Under the pieces are notes generated by a model, which was not told where the DNA came from, searched no databases, and worked only from the letters and a program-made list of their open reading frames with translations. Both the position numbers and the translations under genes were made by a program. A DNA stretch of 64,000 nucleotides, from NCBI RefSeq assembly GCF_009914755.1, contig NC_060935.1; one strand, 5' to 3'. Position 1 is the first letter of the stretch; each line of letters begins with the position of its first letter. This stretch comes from the human T2T-CHM13v2.0 reference genome, Homo sapiens. This document shows positions 31,626-45,607 of this stretch, piece by piece.

Positions 31626-32108
31626 ATAATTATATCCTGGTAAGCACTCAAATAACTGAGAGACAAAATGACAAAGTCCTGTAAGAAAGGTCCAGATAAA
31701 ATTCTTTGGCCATATTGTCTTTCAAATTATTTTTTAATGGAAAAGTTATAAACCAGAAAAAGAAGAAAATGATGCTGGCAGGTATCCCTGTAATAAAAAA
31801 GAGCGAACACAGAGAAAGAAAATCAATGGAGGATTTAAAATGTTCTTCTTGCTTTGGCATCTAACCTCCTGCTTCCAAATTTTTTCCAGTATCATGGTTT
31901 AACTACTTTAATGAAGCGATGATACCATATTTCTCTTGATCCACGTAACCCAAGTGGTTTACAGAAACAGAGGTCAACAGGGTCAATATTTCTGACTAAT
32001 ATTTTAATTAAATCTCAATAAGTGGGCAGATTCCCAGAATTGATGTAGCGTTGTGATATAGAATAAGAGAAATGGAAAGCAGACTCTCTGAGTGAGCACT
32101 TATGTGGT

Positions 32109-32243
32109 ATCTTGTTAAAATGCAGGGATCTTGTTAAAATGCAGATTCAGAAGGTCTGGGTTGGGCCTCAGATCCTACATTTTTACAAGCTCCCAAGTGA
32201 TGCTAATGCCACTGGTTTGAAGACCCCTCTCTCAAGTAGTAAG
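32109..32243 (-). mobile_element. MER5-family MITE with internal 19-bp-period duplication
   Basis: atcttgttaaaatgcag twice, then ggtctgggttgggcctcagatcctacatttttacaagctcccaagtgatgct. Confidence 0.75.
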
Positions 32244-32244
32244 G

Positions 32245-32470
32245 GTTTAGAGCACAGTCACTGCTTGGGTTTGAGTACTGGCTCCTTCTCTTACCAACTA
32301 CTTGACCTTGGCCACATTAGTTAACTTTTTCTTGTATCATTTTTTAAATCATCAAATGAGGATAAGATCAATATCTAACTATAATGGTGGTTGTGAGGAT
32401 CAAATTAATTAACACATGTAAAGCATGTAAAACAGTACCCAGTACTGAGTAAGCACTCAATAAATATAAA
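32245..32470 (+). mobile_element. MIR
   Basis: tgaccttggcc...gtggttgtgaggatcaaat...gtaagcactcaataaat. Confidence 0.8.
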
Positions 32471-32799
32471 TGATTTTTATGATTAAGTGAAGTTTTCTCA
32501 TTATAAACATTTAAGCTAGTCAAGAGAGATGAATATCCCAGAATTTTAATCATGTTTAATTCAGCACAATAATTTATTTTAAGGCATTAATGTCAAGAAT
32601 CACATAAATCTCCACATGTGAAGCTTTGCAAGTTATAATTTTTCAAGCCAATGAACTTAAAGAAGGTAATTTACAATTTTTTTGGTGGTAGCCATACACA
32701 AAGGCATGAGCCTGTCATGATAGAACAGTAAACTTCTTCATCTACCTTTTTCATTAAGAAAGAAGAACTAAATATGTTTACAAAATAACTAAGATACAA

Positions 32800-33040
32800 C
32801 CTACTAGGAGCCCCACAGCATCATTAGTAGTTTGTTTTCTTCCTGCTCTGTTATTATTCTCTCTCACAACTATAATTATCTGTTGTTTATTATCTCTATC
32901 CCTCAACATGAATTTAAACTCCATGAGGGAGGGGCAATGTTGATCTTGTTTGCTGCTATATCTCAGCATCTAGCTTGCCGCATGATATTTGTTATGCCAG
33001 TAATAAATAAATGTTTGTAAAAGTATAAAATAAATGAATA
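32800..33040 (+). mobile_element. L2a 3' end
   Basis: aaactccatgagggagggg...tcttgtttgctgctatatctcagcatctag. Confidence 0.7.
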
Positions 33041-33589
33041 TGTACCTTAGTTGTACATTTTATTAATTTATTCAAGAATGCATTGAGTAGCTGTGATTTT
33101 TTTTCCTGGTTCTAAGTGCTGGGAATTTTTAAATACATAAGACACAGTATGTTCAAGGAGCTTATGGTCTACTTAGGGGAAAGATATGTGAGCACAAAAC
33201 TGAATACATGATCAACTCCATATGGAAAGCGGATGAATAAGGAAAGAGCTCATAAAGTAGAGGTGGGAGTGAAATAAGAGCTTTCCAGTTAAAGAAAAAA
33301 AATTATGCAATTTCACAAAAGTGTGAAACAGTGAGACGAACAGGAAACCTTAGATAGGATATGCACTGGAAATTAACAGTGGAGACAAGGCAAGGTCCAA
33401 ATCATAAAGACAACATAAGTATCTTCTATAGCAGTATTGGTTATAGTGGAAATACAAGAACTTGAAGAATAAAAAGAATAAACTTCTTCATGAAGGATAC
33501 TAATAATACTGTTCAGAGAATGTAGCAAAGACAATTAACTACCTCAGAATATACATTGTCTTCTTCTCATTAGAAATTGTTACCCTGCT

Positions 33590-33993
33590 AAAAAATTAAA
33601 CACAGTAGCGTCTCTCAGCTAGGTATAGACACGGGATTGTCTTCAACCAATGGATGAATTGATTCTTCTGGGTAACTTCTGGAAGCGTCCTTAAAGGTGA
33701 AGAGCACAACCTTCTTATTGTCCCTTCTTACTTCCTGAAATGTAATATAATGGTTGGCGCTACAGCAGCTATTTGAACCATTAGGTAACCTAGCAAAAGG
33801 GAGCCTCAAGCTATGATGTTAGAAGAGTTAAATAGAATGATGCTGGATCTTAACTATGGAGCACCTTACAAGCCATGGGTTGTCTAGCTTACAACTTCAT
33901 TTACATGAGGGGAAAAAAATCATTTTTTCTCACTGATTTTGTCACTCTTACTTTGGGAGTTGTATGCCACTGATCCTAATTCTCAGTGATACA
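33590..33993 (+). mobile_element. Old MLT1 (J/K-type) LTR
   Basis: cttcctgaaatgtaatataatggttgg...cagctatttgaacca...atgaggggaaaaaaat...gtgataca. Confidence 0.55.
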
Positions 33994-34689
33994 ACTACAG
34001 AAATGGGGAAGTGCTTCAAGAATGACTGGCTTTTGAAGTAGATACTGAAGGACGGGTAGGAGATTATCAGGTACAAAATAAGAGATTGGGCATTAAAGAA
34101 GGGCTATTGTGTTCATGGAAATCATCAAGAATACAGTGTATTCAGGAAACTGGGAGAACTGTGTAGTGGAATCATAGGGAATATTGTGTGAAAGGAATGG
34201 AGGAAGATAAGGCACCAGTAAAAACTCTGAAATATCATACTAGTGAGTTTATATTTTATGAGTCAATGCAAGACCACTGAAAACTTTCAGGTAGTTAAAA
34301 GATGGGACCATAGGTAGTTTTCTGGAATAAGAACTCAGAGAGCTATGTGGACAGGAGGAAGGAAAATCAAAATCAGAGAGACAAGTTCAGAGGCAAGTGA
34401 GGGAGTCCAGGAGAGTAGTAGACCAAGGGTCTTGACAATGAAGAAGAAGATAGCACAGAGACAGGACACATTTAGCAAACATACTATGTAAGGATTACTG
34501 ATCACATACACACCAGGACAGAAAGACTCCCAGAAATGTAATGTGAGTTGAGTTGATAGTGAGGTAATTTACCACCAAGATGGGGAAGGAAGAGAAACAA
34601 ACAACATAGAAACTAAAGCCAGACTATGTGAAATAAGGAAAAAAATATATATAAAAGAAAAACTGCAACACAAGGATCTGTGCGCAGTA

Positions 34690-34980
34690 GGATTTCTCTT
34701 GTATTCAGGTTACAATTCTCGTATCACCTTCTCCAAGAGATCTTTGCCATACTATCTTTCTAAAGAAGCCACTGCACTTCCCTCCCCTCAAAGCACTTTG
34801 CTTCATTTTTTTCAGAGCGCTTACTATTTTATAGCTTCCTTTTTGTTTGTTACCTACTTTGACAAGAATGAAAGCTCATAATTTCCACAAGAGTGGAAAT
34901 TATGTCTTGCTTACAGTAAACCTAGGTAACAGTACCTGGCACAAGTAGGCATTCAAGAACTTTTATTACATGAGTTAATC
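34690..34980 (+). mobile_element. L2a 3' end
   Basis: atcaccttctccaagagatctt...aacagtacctggcacaagtaggcattcaa. Confidence 0.7.
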
Positions 34981-35014
34981 AAATTACCTTGGAGTTGTTT
35001 GAAATTCAGAGATT

Positions 35015-35381
35015 TCTACAGACTGAATCACCCTAAAATTTTACCCCCCTAAAATTCATATACTGAAATCCTAATTCCCAACAGAATTTTCAGATGGGGA
35101 CAATGGGAGACCATTAGGTTATGAGGTGGAGCCCTCATTATGGGATTAGAGTTCTTAGAAGAAGATGAAGGAAAGAGCTTGCTTCCCACTCTCTGCTCTT
35201 CTCTATGTGAGGACACAGCAGAAGGATGGTTATCTGCAAACCAGCAAGACAGGCCTCACCAGAACCAAACCATGCTGGCACCCTGATCTCAGACTTCCCA
35301 GTCAGCATGATAAGAAATAAATTTATGTTATTTAAGCCACCCAGTCTTCAGTATTCTGCTATACTAGTCTGAACTAAAAGA
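35015..35381 (+). mobile_element. MLT1A0-like solo LTR
   Basis: cccctaaaattcatatactgaaatcctaa...atgtgaggacacagcagaagg...accatgctggcaccctgatctcagacttccca...aataaatt. Confidence 0.85.
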
Positions 35382-35679
35382 GAGTTTATAAATAAGAATA
35401 AAATATTGAAGAGATCAAGGCCATGATATAGGACAGCTCCCCCATCTGATGAATGACAAGGAAGCTTAGTTCCAGCAATGCCCATAAAGACCTGCCCAAC
35501 AGAAAATAACCATTTAGGTGGGAGGAATCAGAGGGCCTGAGCACAAGTCCAATTTGCCATTACAAAATGATATGAACTTGGAAACTTCACAACCTCAAAG
35601 CACCTTTCAGTTTCCTTAGCTAAAAAACGATAGCTTCCTCCAAAATTTTGAGAACTAATTAAAGTAACATGGATGAAAG

Positions 35680-37004
35680 TGTTATAGTAGGTAGCTAGTC
35701 AGACATGAGCAGGGCAGGAGAGACCTCCTCCCTAGCCACAACCCCTACTACTAGAAATGTCAGGTAACCATCAGGTGATGGTCAGGTAGTTAACCGCTAC
35801 TCTAAAATAATAATTGGTCACAGTCAGTGATACAGGAGGTAGAAAGAAATTGTTTAGGCAGATAGTGAGGGCAAAGAGTCCTTGGCAGAGCTTCCCTTCT
35901 AGCAAAACGCAGCCCAAGAAATTATTTTTCTCCTAATAAAGAGCAGCCTGAAAAATCAAGCTGAAAACATAAATAAGCAAGCTGGAAGCTTGCACAGGGG
36001 AATGCTGGCAGCTGTGCCAATAGAAAAGGGCTAGCTGGGGGCCAGGCATGTCCAACATGGATGCTCCATCTTCCCTTTCTTTGCTACCACATGTACAGGA
36101 ACAAAGAAATGGGTAACATGGCATAGCTCAGGCAGAGAACCTGCCTGCAGGATAAAAGATTAGGGTGGGGCCTACAAAAAATTCATCCCCTGTGCAAATG
36201 GCACACCTGGTCTAACCAGTTTTTTGCACCCTATGTAAATCAGACACTGCCTCCTCACCAGCTCATCTGTGAACCCCAATGCATTTCACCACAGATCCAG
36301 CAACCCACTTTTCTGGAACCCCTTTCTGCAGGAAAGAGCTATTCTCTTTCTTTCGCCTATTAAACTTCCACTCTCAATCTCACTTTTTGTGCGTCTGCAT
36401 CCTTGTCATCTGTGAGACAGTAAATCTCAGTTGTTACTCCAGACAACAAGGCCGTTTCACCAGTGTCAGGGAAAGGCAGCTTCCCAATAAATAGCAAAAA
36501 CCTGACACTGGTGATCAGCAGCTTCCTGACAAGATCTTAGGAGCTGGCAGAGTGGGCTCAAAGATACACATTAAGAGGCAAAGTGGCATTTTAACTGGCA
36601 TAGGACCTTCTAGGGACATTGGGCTGGTAAGGGAAGAATGCCTCACATGCAGCACCTGCTCCCCTCCCAACTGCTGACAGGCCACTGCACATGTGGACAG
36701 CCCACCCCGAGGGAAGAATCATGGGGGAAGAGATGCAAGACCCTGAAAGGATGCCAACAACATATAAAACCCCAAGTCAAAAGATCAAGCCGTGCACATG
36801 ATCTCTCAAATTGCCCACTTGGCCAGCCTCCAAGTGTATTTCCTTTCATTCCCACTCTAAAGCTTTTTAATAAACTTTCACTCCTGCTGTAAAACTTGCC
36901 TTGGTCCCTCCTTCTGCCTTCTGCCCATCAGTTGAATTCTTTCTTCTGAGAAGGCAAGAATTGAGGTTGCTGCAGAACCCCGTATGGATTCACCACTGCT
37001 AATG
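35680..37004 (+). mobile_element. MER50 ERV1 solo LTR containing a nested LTR
   Basis: tgttatagtaggtagctagtcagacatgagcagggcaggagag...gaggttgctgcaga...ggattcaccactgctaa; 4-bp TSD aaag. Confidence 0.85.
35828..36459 (+). mobile_element. ERV1 solo LTR (MER61/LTR20-like) nested in MER50
   Basis: TG...CA termini (tgatacaggaggtagaaagaaattg...gccgtttca); TSD (t/c)cag; attaaa signal; subfamily uncertain. Confidence 0.75.
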
Positions 37005-37094
37005 AAAGTGCGTTGGTTCAGGACTTTCACCCCATGTGTCCCAGATCACTCTCAACTTCTAATTATTATGTATTAGACAAAGTGACATCACTAA

Positions 37095-37965
37095 TGTAAA
37101 CCAAAAATAAAATTCTAAGCCCCCCAACCAACCAAATGGACCCCTCCTCCAAGCCAAGTGCATTCTAAAGTAAACCCAAAACACTAGTTCAGGCCATGAT
37201 GGGAATGGGTGGTTGGACATGCTTCATTAATCCCTCCTCCTCCTCCCGTTGGAATTCAGGCACAGCTGACCAGCATTAACGTTATAATAGAAGACTGACA
37301 AAGCTGACTATTTAGAGTAATAAAATACCAACATGACAGAGAGCAGGCCCTGAAAGAAATTAAAGCATCTTACCCCAAAATATATTTATTTGACATAATT
37401 TGAAATGGCCACACAAAGTTTTCTCTTATGGGGAAAATCTACATTCTGTAGAAAATCCCCTCCCCTTTCCAGGACTTTTTCATGATCCAAGAGAGAATTA
37501 ACTAAGAGTCTGGCACCTTTTAAAGCCTGATAAGAAACATTTACAATCTATTATTCGCTGTGAAGCCTGCGGCCTGGAAGCTTCACCTGCCTAATAAGAA
37601 CCTTGGTCTCCACAACCTCTTACCTTAACCCAGGCACTCCCTTCTATTCATTCCAGGTCTTTAGATAAACTCTTTCAACCAATGCCAATCAGAAAATCTT
37701 TGAATCCACCTACCAACTGAAAGCCCACCCCCTACTCTCTTCAAGTTGTTCCACTTTTTTGGACTGAACCAATGGACTGAACAAACAAATGTATTGATTG
37801 ATATCTTATGTCTCCATAAAATGTATAAAACCAAACTGTAGCCTGACCATCTTGGGCACATGTTCTCAGGGTCTCCTGGAGCTGTATCGAGGGCCGTAGG
37901 TTTCATATTTGATTCAGAATAAATCTCTTCAAATACTTTACAGAGTTTGACCCTTTTTGATGACA
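37095..37965 (+). mobile_element. MER4D/E-type ERV1 solo LTR
   Basis: tgtaaaccaaaaataaaattctaagcccccc...cagagtttgaccctttttgatgaca; perfect 4-bp TSD ctaa. Confidence 0.88.
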
Positions 37966-37990
37966 CTAACTGCATTTTAAAGATCTCTTC

Positions 37991-38118
37991 TCAGCACTTT
38001 GAGAGCCTAAGGCAGAAGGATCACTTGAGCCCAGGAGCTTGAGGTTGCAGTGAGACATGATAGCACCACTGTACTCTAGTCTAGGTGACAGAGGGAGAAC
38101 CTGTCTTAAAAAAAAAAA
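37991..38118 (+). mobile_element. 5'-truncated AluJ/FRAM-like monomer
   Basis: Single arm plus poly-A; TSD atctcttc. Confidence 0.85.
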
Positions 38119-38329
38119 TCTCTTCCCAGGTTGACTTTAAACTTTCACAACATGTATACTCGCAAATTTCCTGTCAACCACAATCTCGAACAATGTGTTT
38201 CTCTTTGTAGCACTTCAACCTTTTATTAATGAAGTGTTCAACAACACTGTGCTGGACCTTAGTTGCTTTTAAGTGTCTCCTTCAGTCTGTTAAATAATTT
38301 AGCAAATTAACTTTTATTACAACTACCGA

Positions 38330-38540
38330 GAGGCAGGGTAGTATAATGCTATTCTTATTACAAGCCCCTTACTATCTGCTGTGTGACCTTGGATAAGTTA
38401 TTAATCTCTTTGCCTACAACTTCTTACCTATAGAAGTAACAATAATATACTTTGTATGGTTACTGTGAAGATTGAATAAATTAACATATGTACAAAATTT
38501 TAATAGTGCCTAGAGTATGGTTCAGTAATAGCTATTTTTA
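38330..38540 (+). mobile_element. MIR
   Basis: gctgtgtgaccttggataagttattaatctctttgcct. Confidence 0.75.
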
Positions 38541-39399
38541 TTCCTACAATGACATTGTTCAGATCATTTTCATATCTGTACTGTGAGATATTTCCACCTT
38601 TCTCCATTTTATTAAAAAAAAAAAAAAAACAACTAAGGCTCAGAGAGCTTAAGTAATTTCCTCAAGTTCACAAAAGAGAGAGTTAGTTCTCTTAGATGCC
38701 AAGTCTGTGCCCTTGGCCATACCAAAATAACATTCCATTTTAAAGAATCCAGATAATTTCACTATCAAAGCATAAATTTATTAAATCAAACTGCCATCGA
38801 ATAAACCTGAGTTAAATAAACTTTTGGCCATTGTCCTTCTTAAAGTATGTGCAATAGACATTCAAAGACAGGGAAATATCAGTGAGGTTGGTTGTCAGAG
38901 AAAGCTTCTGGTGGACTTGGGCAGGGTTTTGATATTTGATTTTTTTCTTACATTGAGCCTCAGGTTCTACAATAACCTACCTCAAGGTCAACCCCAGTCT
39001 AGTTTTCAGCTGTAGTTTGGCTTGCAAATTTCTTCTCTCAGTATTTTTGGGGGCCCTTAGGCCAAACTGCTAAAGCACAGGCCATGACTCCCTTTTTAAT
39101 AAACCCAATTACAACTCATAAATGGTGACATGTGTCAGCAGAACAACCCTTGGAGGGGTGTTTCATTAACTTGATCAAGTCTGAGCCTGAGGGCATGTGC
39201 CTTGCATAGCTAGCTAGCTTTCTTAGCAGTAGCTGTGTCTGTTACCAAGTTAACAGGTGGCAGCTCAGTTTATTGCCTATATAATAAGCACACTAACCCA
39301 ACCACCCATTTCTGTTGGAAGGCCTTCCCAGAATCATAGTAGGTTAGCAGGTTAGAAAAACTAGATGCTTTAACTTAGTTATTTAGTTATTTATCACTT

Positions 39400-39855
<456 letters not shown>

Positions 39856-40320
39856 TTTGAGACATCAGCAAAAGTATTAGCAATTTGCTTTAAAAACAAG
39901 AAAACCACGAAAATTTCCTGAGATTGTCTTTAAAGAGATACTGATTATGATGCGCTATTGTTTATTCGTTCCTCTCAGCATGCCATTTGACCTATCTGAA
40001 TTTGTTATTTCATTACTACTTTTCCTTCATGTGACAGCTCATTAGATTGGTAATGTTTCAGTTTTATGCTACTGAGTTTCCAAAATAAAATACTTGGGGG
40101 CAAAACATCATTTAGGGCACTTGGTAGAAATTAGGATAATCAAAATGCATTTCTATTAATGCTGTTCATGAAGAGGAAACTATACTTTGTCACCAAAAGT
40201 AAAGTTCATCAAAGTTCATCCAGCTCTTCGTGTATTTAAACAAACTTGGAACTTCCAAGTGACAACTGAGGGGAAGTAATTTAGGGCTGAGATATGATAC
40301 ACTTAGAAAAGGAAAGACAC

Positions 40321-40609
40321 AGCCGGGCATGGTGGCTTATGCCTATAATCCCAGCACTTTGGGAGGCTGAAGCAGGTGGATCATGAGGTCAAGCGTTCAA
40401 GACCAGCCTGGCCAACACAGTGAAACCCTGTCTTTACTAAAAAGAAAGAGAAAAAATTAGCCGGGTGTGGTGGTGGGGCACCTGTAATCCCAGCTACTCA
40501 GGAGGCTGAGGCAAGAGAATCGCTTGAACCCGGGAGGCAGAGGTTGCAGTGAGCCGAGAGATCACACCACTGCACTCCAGCCCGGGCGACAGGGCAAGAC
40601 TCTGCCTAA

Positions 40610-40642
<33 letters not shown>
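40321..40642 (+). mobile_element. AluSg-like
   Basis: TSD gaaagacac. Confidence 0.93.
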
Positions 40643-40796
40643 GAAAAAGAAAGACACTAGAGGGAAGTCAGTCACTGAAACAAGGTAGCTGCAAGGTAGC
40701 TGTCTGATTTCACAGAGAAAAATACCTATAGTTATCCCTCAGGAACTGGCCCCTAAAAAATATCAGTGTCAAAAAGTCAATTTAAAAGCCCAGCAA

Positions 40797-41104
40797 GGCC
40801 AGGCATGGAGGCTTACACCTGTCATTCCAATACTTTGAGAGGCTGAGGTGTGCGGATTGCTTGAGCCTGGGAATTCAAGACCAGCCTGGGCAACATGGCA
40901 AAACTCTATGTCTATGAAAAATACAAAAATTACCTGGATGTGGTGGCACACGCCTGTAGTCCCAGCTACTTGTGAGGCTGAACTGAGATGAAAGGATTGT
41001 TTGAGCCCAGGAGGTCCAGGCTACAGTGAGCCCTGATGGCACCACTGCACTCTGGCCTAGGCAACAGAGTGAGACCCTGTCTCAAAAAAGAAAAAGAAAA
41101 AAAA
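40797..41104 (+). mobile_element. AluJ
   Basis: ttgagcccaggaggtccaggctacagtgag; TSD aaaagcc(c/a)agcaa. Confidence 0.92.
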
Positions 41105-41732
41105 AAAAGCCAAGCAAGATTTAACAAGGGAGAGATGAAGTTATAAATTACCCCAAGCATCACATAAAGTTCCTGGGGCCCCAGAAATATGTTTTAGTAT
41201 TTGCTTTTTTTTTTTTTGAAATAGAGTTTTTAGCTCAATCCAAATATTACACTGTTAAAATTGAGGAAAGTAACATAAAAATGTTAAGCCATTTCTCTTT
41301 ATTACTCCAGTCTCATTTCCTCTCCTTGATTTTTACTCAACTGTCACTCTTCCTCTTTCTTTTCACTCAACTAGCCACTGTCTTCCCTGTCATCATCTAT
41401 GACTGCCTACATTTTCTTTCAAATATATATTTGAGAAAGAAAAAAGCATTTGTAAACGACCACACTTTGAAAAGAGTGCTTATCTATGAGCAAGTTAAAC
41501 TATAAAGAGCCAATAAATTGGGCAGCCCACTTTTAGGTGGTCACATGCACATTGATCCACATGATCATGTAGATTAAATTAAAACACACATATTTACCTG
41601 ATGAATTACTTTTCAAATAAAAATTCACTCTATTAAAACAGTCAAATTCAAATAAACAATTGAGTGTAACATTGAAAAAAACTTTTATTGAAATCCCACT
41701 ACATGCATGGACTATGGCTATTTATGGAATTT

Positions 41733-42045
41733 ATTTATTTTATCATTTTTATTATTATTATTATTTGAGACCAAGTCTCTGTCAACCAGGCTGCAGTGTA
41801 GGGGTGTGATCTCGGCTCACTGCAACCTCAACCTTCTGGGTTCAAGTGATTCTCATGCATCAGCCTCCGGAGTAGCTGAGATTAAAAGCAGGCATCACTA
41901 CAGCTAGCTAATTTTTGTATTTTTACCAGAGACAGGGTTTCACCATTTTGGCCAGGCTGCTCTTGAACTCCCTGACCTCAGGTGATCCTCCCACCTCGGC
42001 CTCCCAAAGTGCTGGGATTACAGGCATGAGTCACCATGCCCAGCC
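41733..42045 (-). mobile_element. AluSx-like
   Basis: TSD tggaattta. Confidence 0.92.
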
Positions 42046-42230
42046 TGGAATTTAAAGATAAGTAAAGCACAATTGTATCTGGTGAATATCAAGTACTAAG
42101 AATTATTAATAAATAGAGAGGAATATGGTAAATACTAATTTAGGACTGCAACAATGGCCAATGGCCATCATTTGTTGAACATCTATTATGAGCCAAGCAA
42201 TGTCTAAATATTATCTCCAATGCTTACAAC

Positions 42231-42460
42231 CAGTGGTTTCTGAAAATTTTTTAGTGTTCCTACCAGTAAAATGTTTGCAAGCGTGCTCCCCGATATGTGC
42301 TAGTCTGTATAGATATAGTATACTGATACAATTGCAACAATACAGTGTTTTATATATAAAATGTTGAAATTAGAAATGATGAAAAACTATAAAGGCTAGC
42401 ACTTGATGGATCTGCTTCAGCATCCCCTGGGCAGAAGCTTCCGACATTGAAGAATACTAC
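42231..42460. mobile_element. MER113-like hAT-Charlie relic
   Basis: cagtggtttctgaaaatttttt...ccagtaaaa...catcccctggg. Confidence 0.5.
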
Positions 42461-42470
42461 TAACATGTTG

Positions 42471-42965
42471 TGTGGTAGAAACCGCTGCTTCTCCCCAATA
42501 TTCATTACCCTTTTCTCCCATAATAACGGGATCCCTCACTTTTATCTGAGCCCAGGGCATCTCAGAATAAAGGTTATATGGCTCAGTCTCCCTTTGCATC
42601 TAGGAATGGCTTTGTGCCTAATCTTTGAGGTATGAGGGAAAAATCATGCTTACAACTTTTCAGACATTGCTTTAAACGGATGAACAATGTCCATCTCTGT
42701 ACTTCTTTTAACCTGCTATTTAGCACGTCAGCATGGTGGTAGGCCTCTTGGACTACGTGTGCAAGGGCAACCCCCAAGGGTGGTAAAAAAGAAAATAAAA
42801 GGTACTTGGGTCCTTTTAAGACCTTGTGGAGCAGCATAGACATTCTAGCTCTGGACAGCTAACCTAGGGACTGTCATATATGAAAGAAATACATGCCTAT
42901 CTTGCAAACACATCATTATTTTGGTCTCTGTTATATGTAACTGAACCTGTCTCCTAAAGAATACA
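42471..42965 (+). mobile_element. MLT1J-type LTR
   Basis: tgtggtagaaaccgctgcttctccccaatattcatt...agtctccctttgcatctagg...aataca. Confidence 0.7.
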
Positions 42966-44355
42966 ATATGCAAGGTAGTTTTTATTGTCTCTCCTTACAG
43001 CTGAGGGAAAAGGGTCAGAGAAGTTAATTTTTTTAGTTATCCAGCTGGTATATGGTTGAATCAAAAGAGCCCAGACTCCATTCTCTTTCTACTAAAATAA
43101 CAATCTCCCATGATTGAAATACTATGGAATCAAGGAGGAAGGAGACATTAATATGACCTGGAGGGATTGATGGAGGCTTCCTGATGGTGGTGGCAGTTTA
43201 TTGAGATCTAAAAGATGGGAATGGAGGAAAAGGCATTGTGGACTAATTGAACAGGGTGAACAAAGGTAAGGATATAGGAAAATGTAGAAAAGGCTCAAGA
43301 GGAGCTTGTGTCAGTTGTTCTTAGGTGATCACTATTAAGTCTTTGGCTTTATTCAAAATATGTTTCAGGGCACCTACAATATAGCAGATAAAAATTAAGA
43401 CCTAGAAATAGAGTGATAAAATCAGATGTCATAATATCCTAAATATATGAGAAGATAATGCTACCAGCAATGCCTACATGTTAAAGTCCAAAGCCGATAC
43501 CAAGCAAAAAAGGCCTTCACAATCAGACTCAACCCAACCTCATATTATGCTATTGCTCTGTGCTCCATATGGATGAAACTCAGGACATGTGAGTTGCCTG
43601 AACTCTGACCTTTGTACTTGCACTTCCCTCTTCTTGGAATGCCTTTTACCTACTTTGCCTAGAAATGTCTTTTTATTCTTTAAGAGCTAGACAAAATTCT
43701 CCCTTTCTCTGATTCCTTGAAATAGGATGGCTTATTATTGTAGTTTCTTCCCTTCCTGCCTGTCTGCCTGCCTTCCACCAGTCAGTAAAAATGTGCAGGG
43801 TTTCTAAGGTATAACTGTGGGAAAGATAAAGCAATATTTTCTTTGTGCTTCATGAAGTTTACATTCTAGAGAGAAAGATCAACTATTAATGAAATAGCTG
43901 CAATTCAGTGTGATAACTACCTTGATAGGAAGAAGAGCCTTCGGGGAAGCTCCTAAGAGGAACTCTACCCTGAATCTCACTTTCCTAGAAGAAGCATTAT
44001 TTAAGCTGAACCCTTTAGGATATGTAAGAATAAGCCAGGCAGAGATAAGCAAGGCGTGTTTAACAACATGTGCTTTTCACCATGCATTATCCATTTTCAT
44101 TAACATGTCTATTCATTAGACTAGGAAACAATGTGTTTAAAGGTCCCAAGTGATTCAAAAAGAAGAAAAAAAAAACCCACCAGGATTAAACACTCATTCA
44201 GATTCATGCTAAATGTCTGATCATTGTGCCTTAGATATGTTTATTTTGTCCTTCCTGTATGCAGTATTTCCTACTTTCACCTCCACTTCAGTTTAGCAAC
44301 TAGAGCTGCTTAAGGTCTCCCACTAGCTTTTAAAAATCTCTTGTAAATTGTAGAG

Positions 44356-44540
44356 CAGCATCTCTCAAACTTCAGCAATCCTAAGAATCACCTGAGGTAC
44401 TTTTAAGAACAAATTTTTTGGTTCCACTCTCAGAGATTCTGATTCTATAGCTTTGGGGAGGAGCTGGAGATCCCACGATTCTAACAACCTGACCTGTGAG
44501 ACCTGACGCTGCCAGTTCACAGACTGCACCTTGAGCAGCT
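44356..44540 (-). mobile_element. MER5A/B MITE
   Basis: ctcaaacttcagc...agaatcacctgagg...cagagattctgattc. Confidence 0.75.
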
Positions 44541-44967
44541 TTATGCTTGAGAAGCTACACAAATATTTTTCAGGATTATTTCCCCCTTGTTCTTAAAAGT
44601 GCTCTGCTAGGTTACACTTCTTGGAATAAGAGTGGTTTCTCTGTCCAGGTAGGTAAGGCTTTTAGGGGAACCCCTCTAAGAAAGACGGGCCAATATTGCT
44701 ACTTTCACATAACAGTCACATTCTTCACTTGGACAACCGTTTTATTTTCCCGTTGGCTCTAAATCCAAAATGACAAGCCTAAGTAAGGGCTTCCCAGTAA
44801 ATGAGAAGCTATGAGTACAGTAGTCAACAAACTGCCCTCTGCAAGGGTAATGCAAGGCAAAAAAAGTGAATTAGTTTGTGAATGGTAAGTAGGTCAGGTC
44901 TTCTGTTGGTTTTTTTTTGTTTTTGTTTTTGTTTTGACTTGGCTTTTAAAAAATCATCCCAATCTAA

Positions 44968-45273
<306 letters not shown>

Positions 45274-45555
45274 TAGGAATTTTATAATTTTACAATAAGA
45301 AAATGATGAATCACTGAACTTTTAAGAAAGCTTTCAGTAATTGCTGACATTTGCCTCCATGTGTATCATGTTTAAGAGTCTTCAAAGTTAAGCTTTTAAG
45401 AGCCATGAGAACAGGGATCATGTCTCCATGTGAGCATATCCCACAATTCCTGGAGAGTGCTGACTATTTAGAAGATTTGAAAATAGTCAACTTAAAAAAG
45501 GAGGAAATTAAACCAACACACAAAAATTGGAAGGATAGTTTTGATGATTAATTAG

Positions 45556-45557
<2 letters not shown>

Positions 45558-45607
<50 letters not shown>
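45558..45607. repeat. (CT)n(AT)n compound microsatellite
   Basis: Direct reading. Confidence 0.95.

Noticed and set aside
35970-36062. p53 response element in the MER61-like LTR
   Set aside because: CWWG cores are 11 and 9 nt apart rather than the canonical 10, with mismatched flanks.
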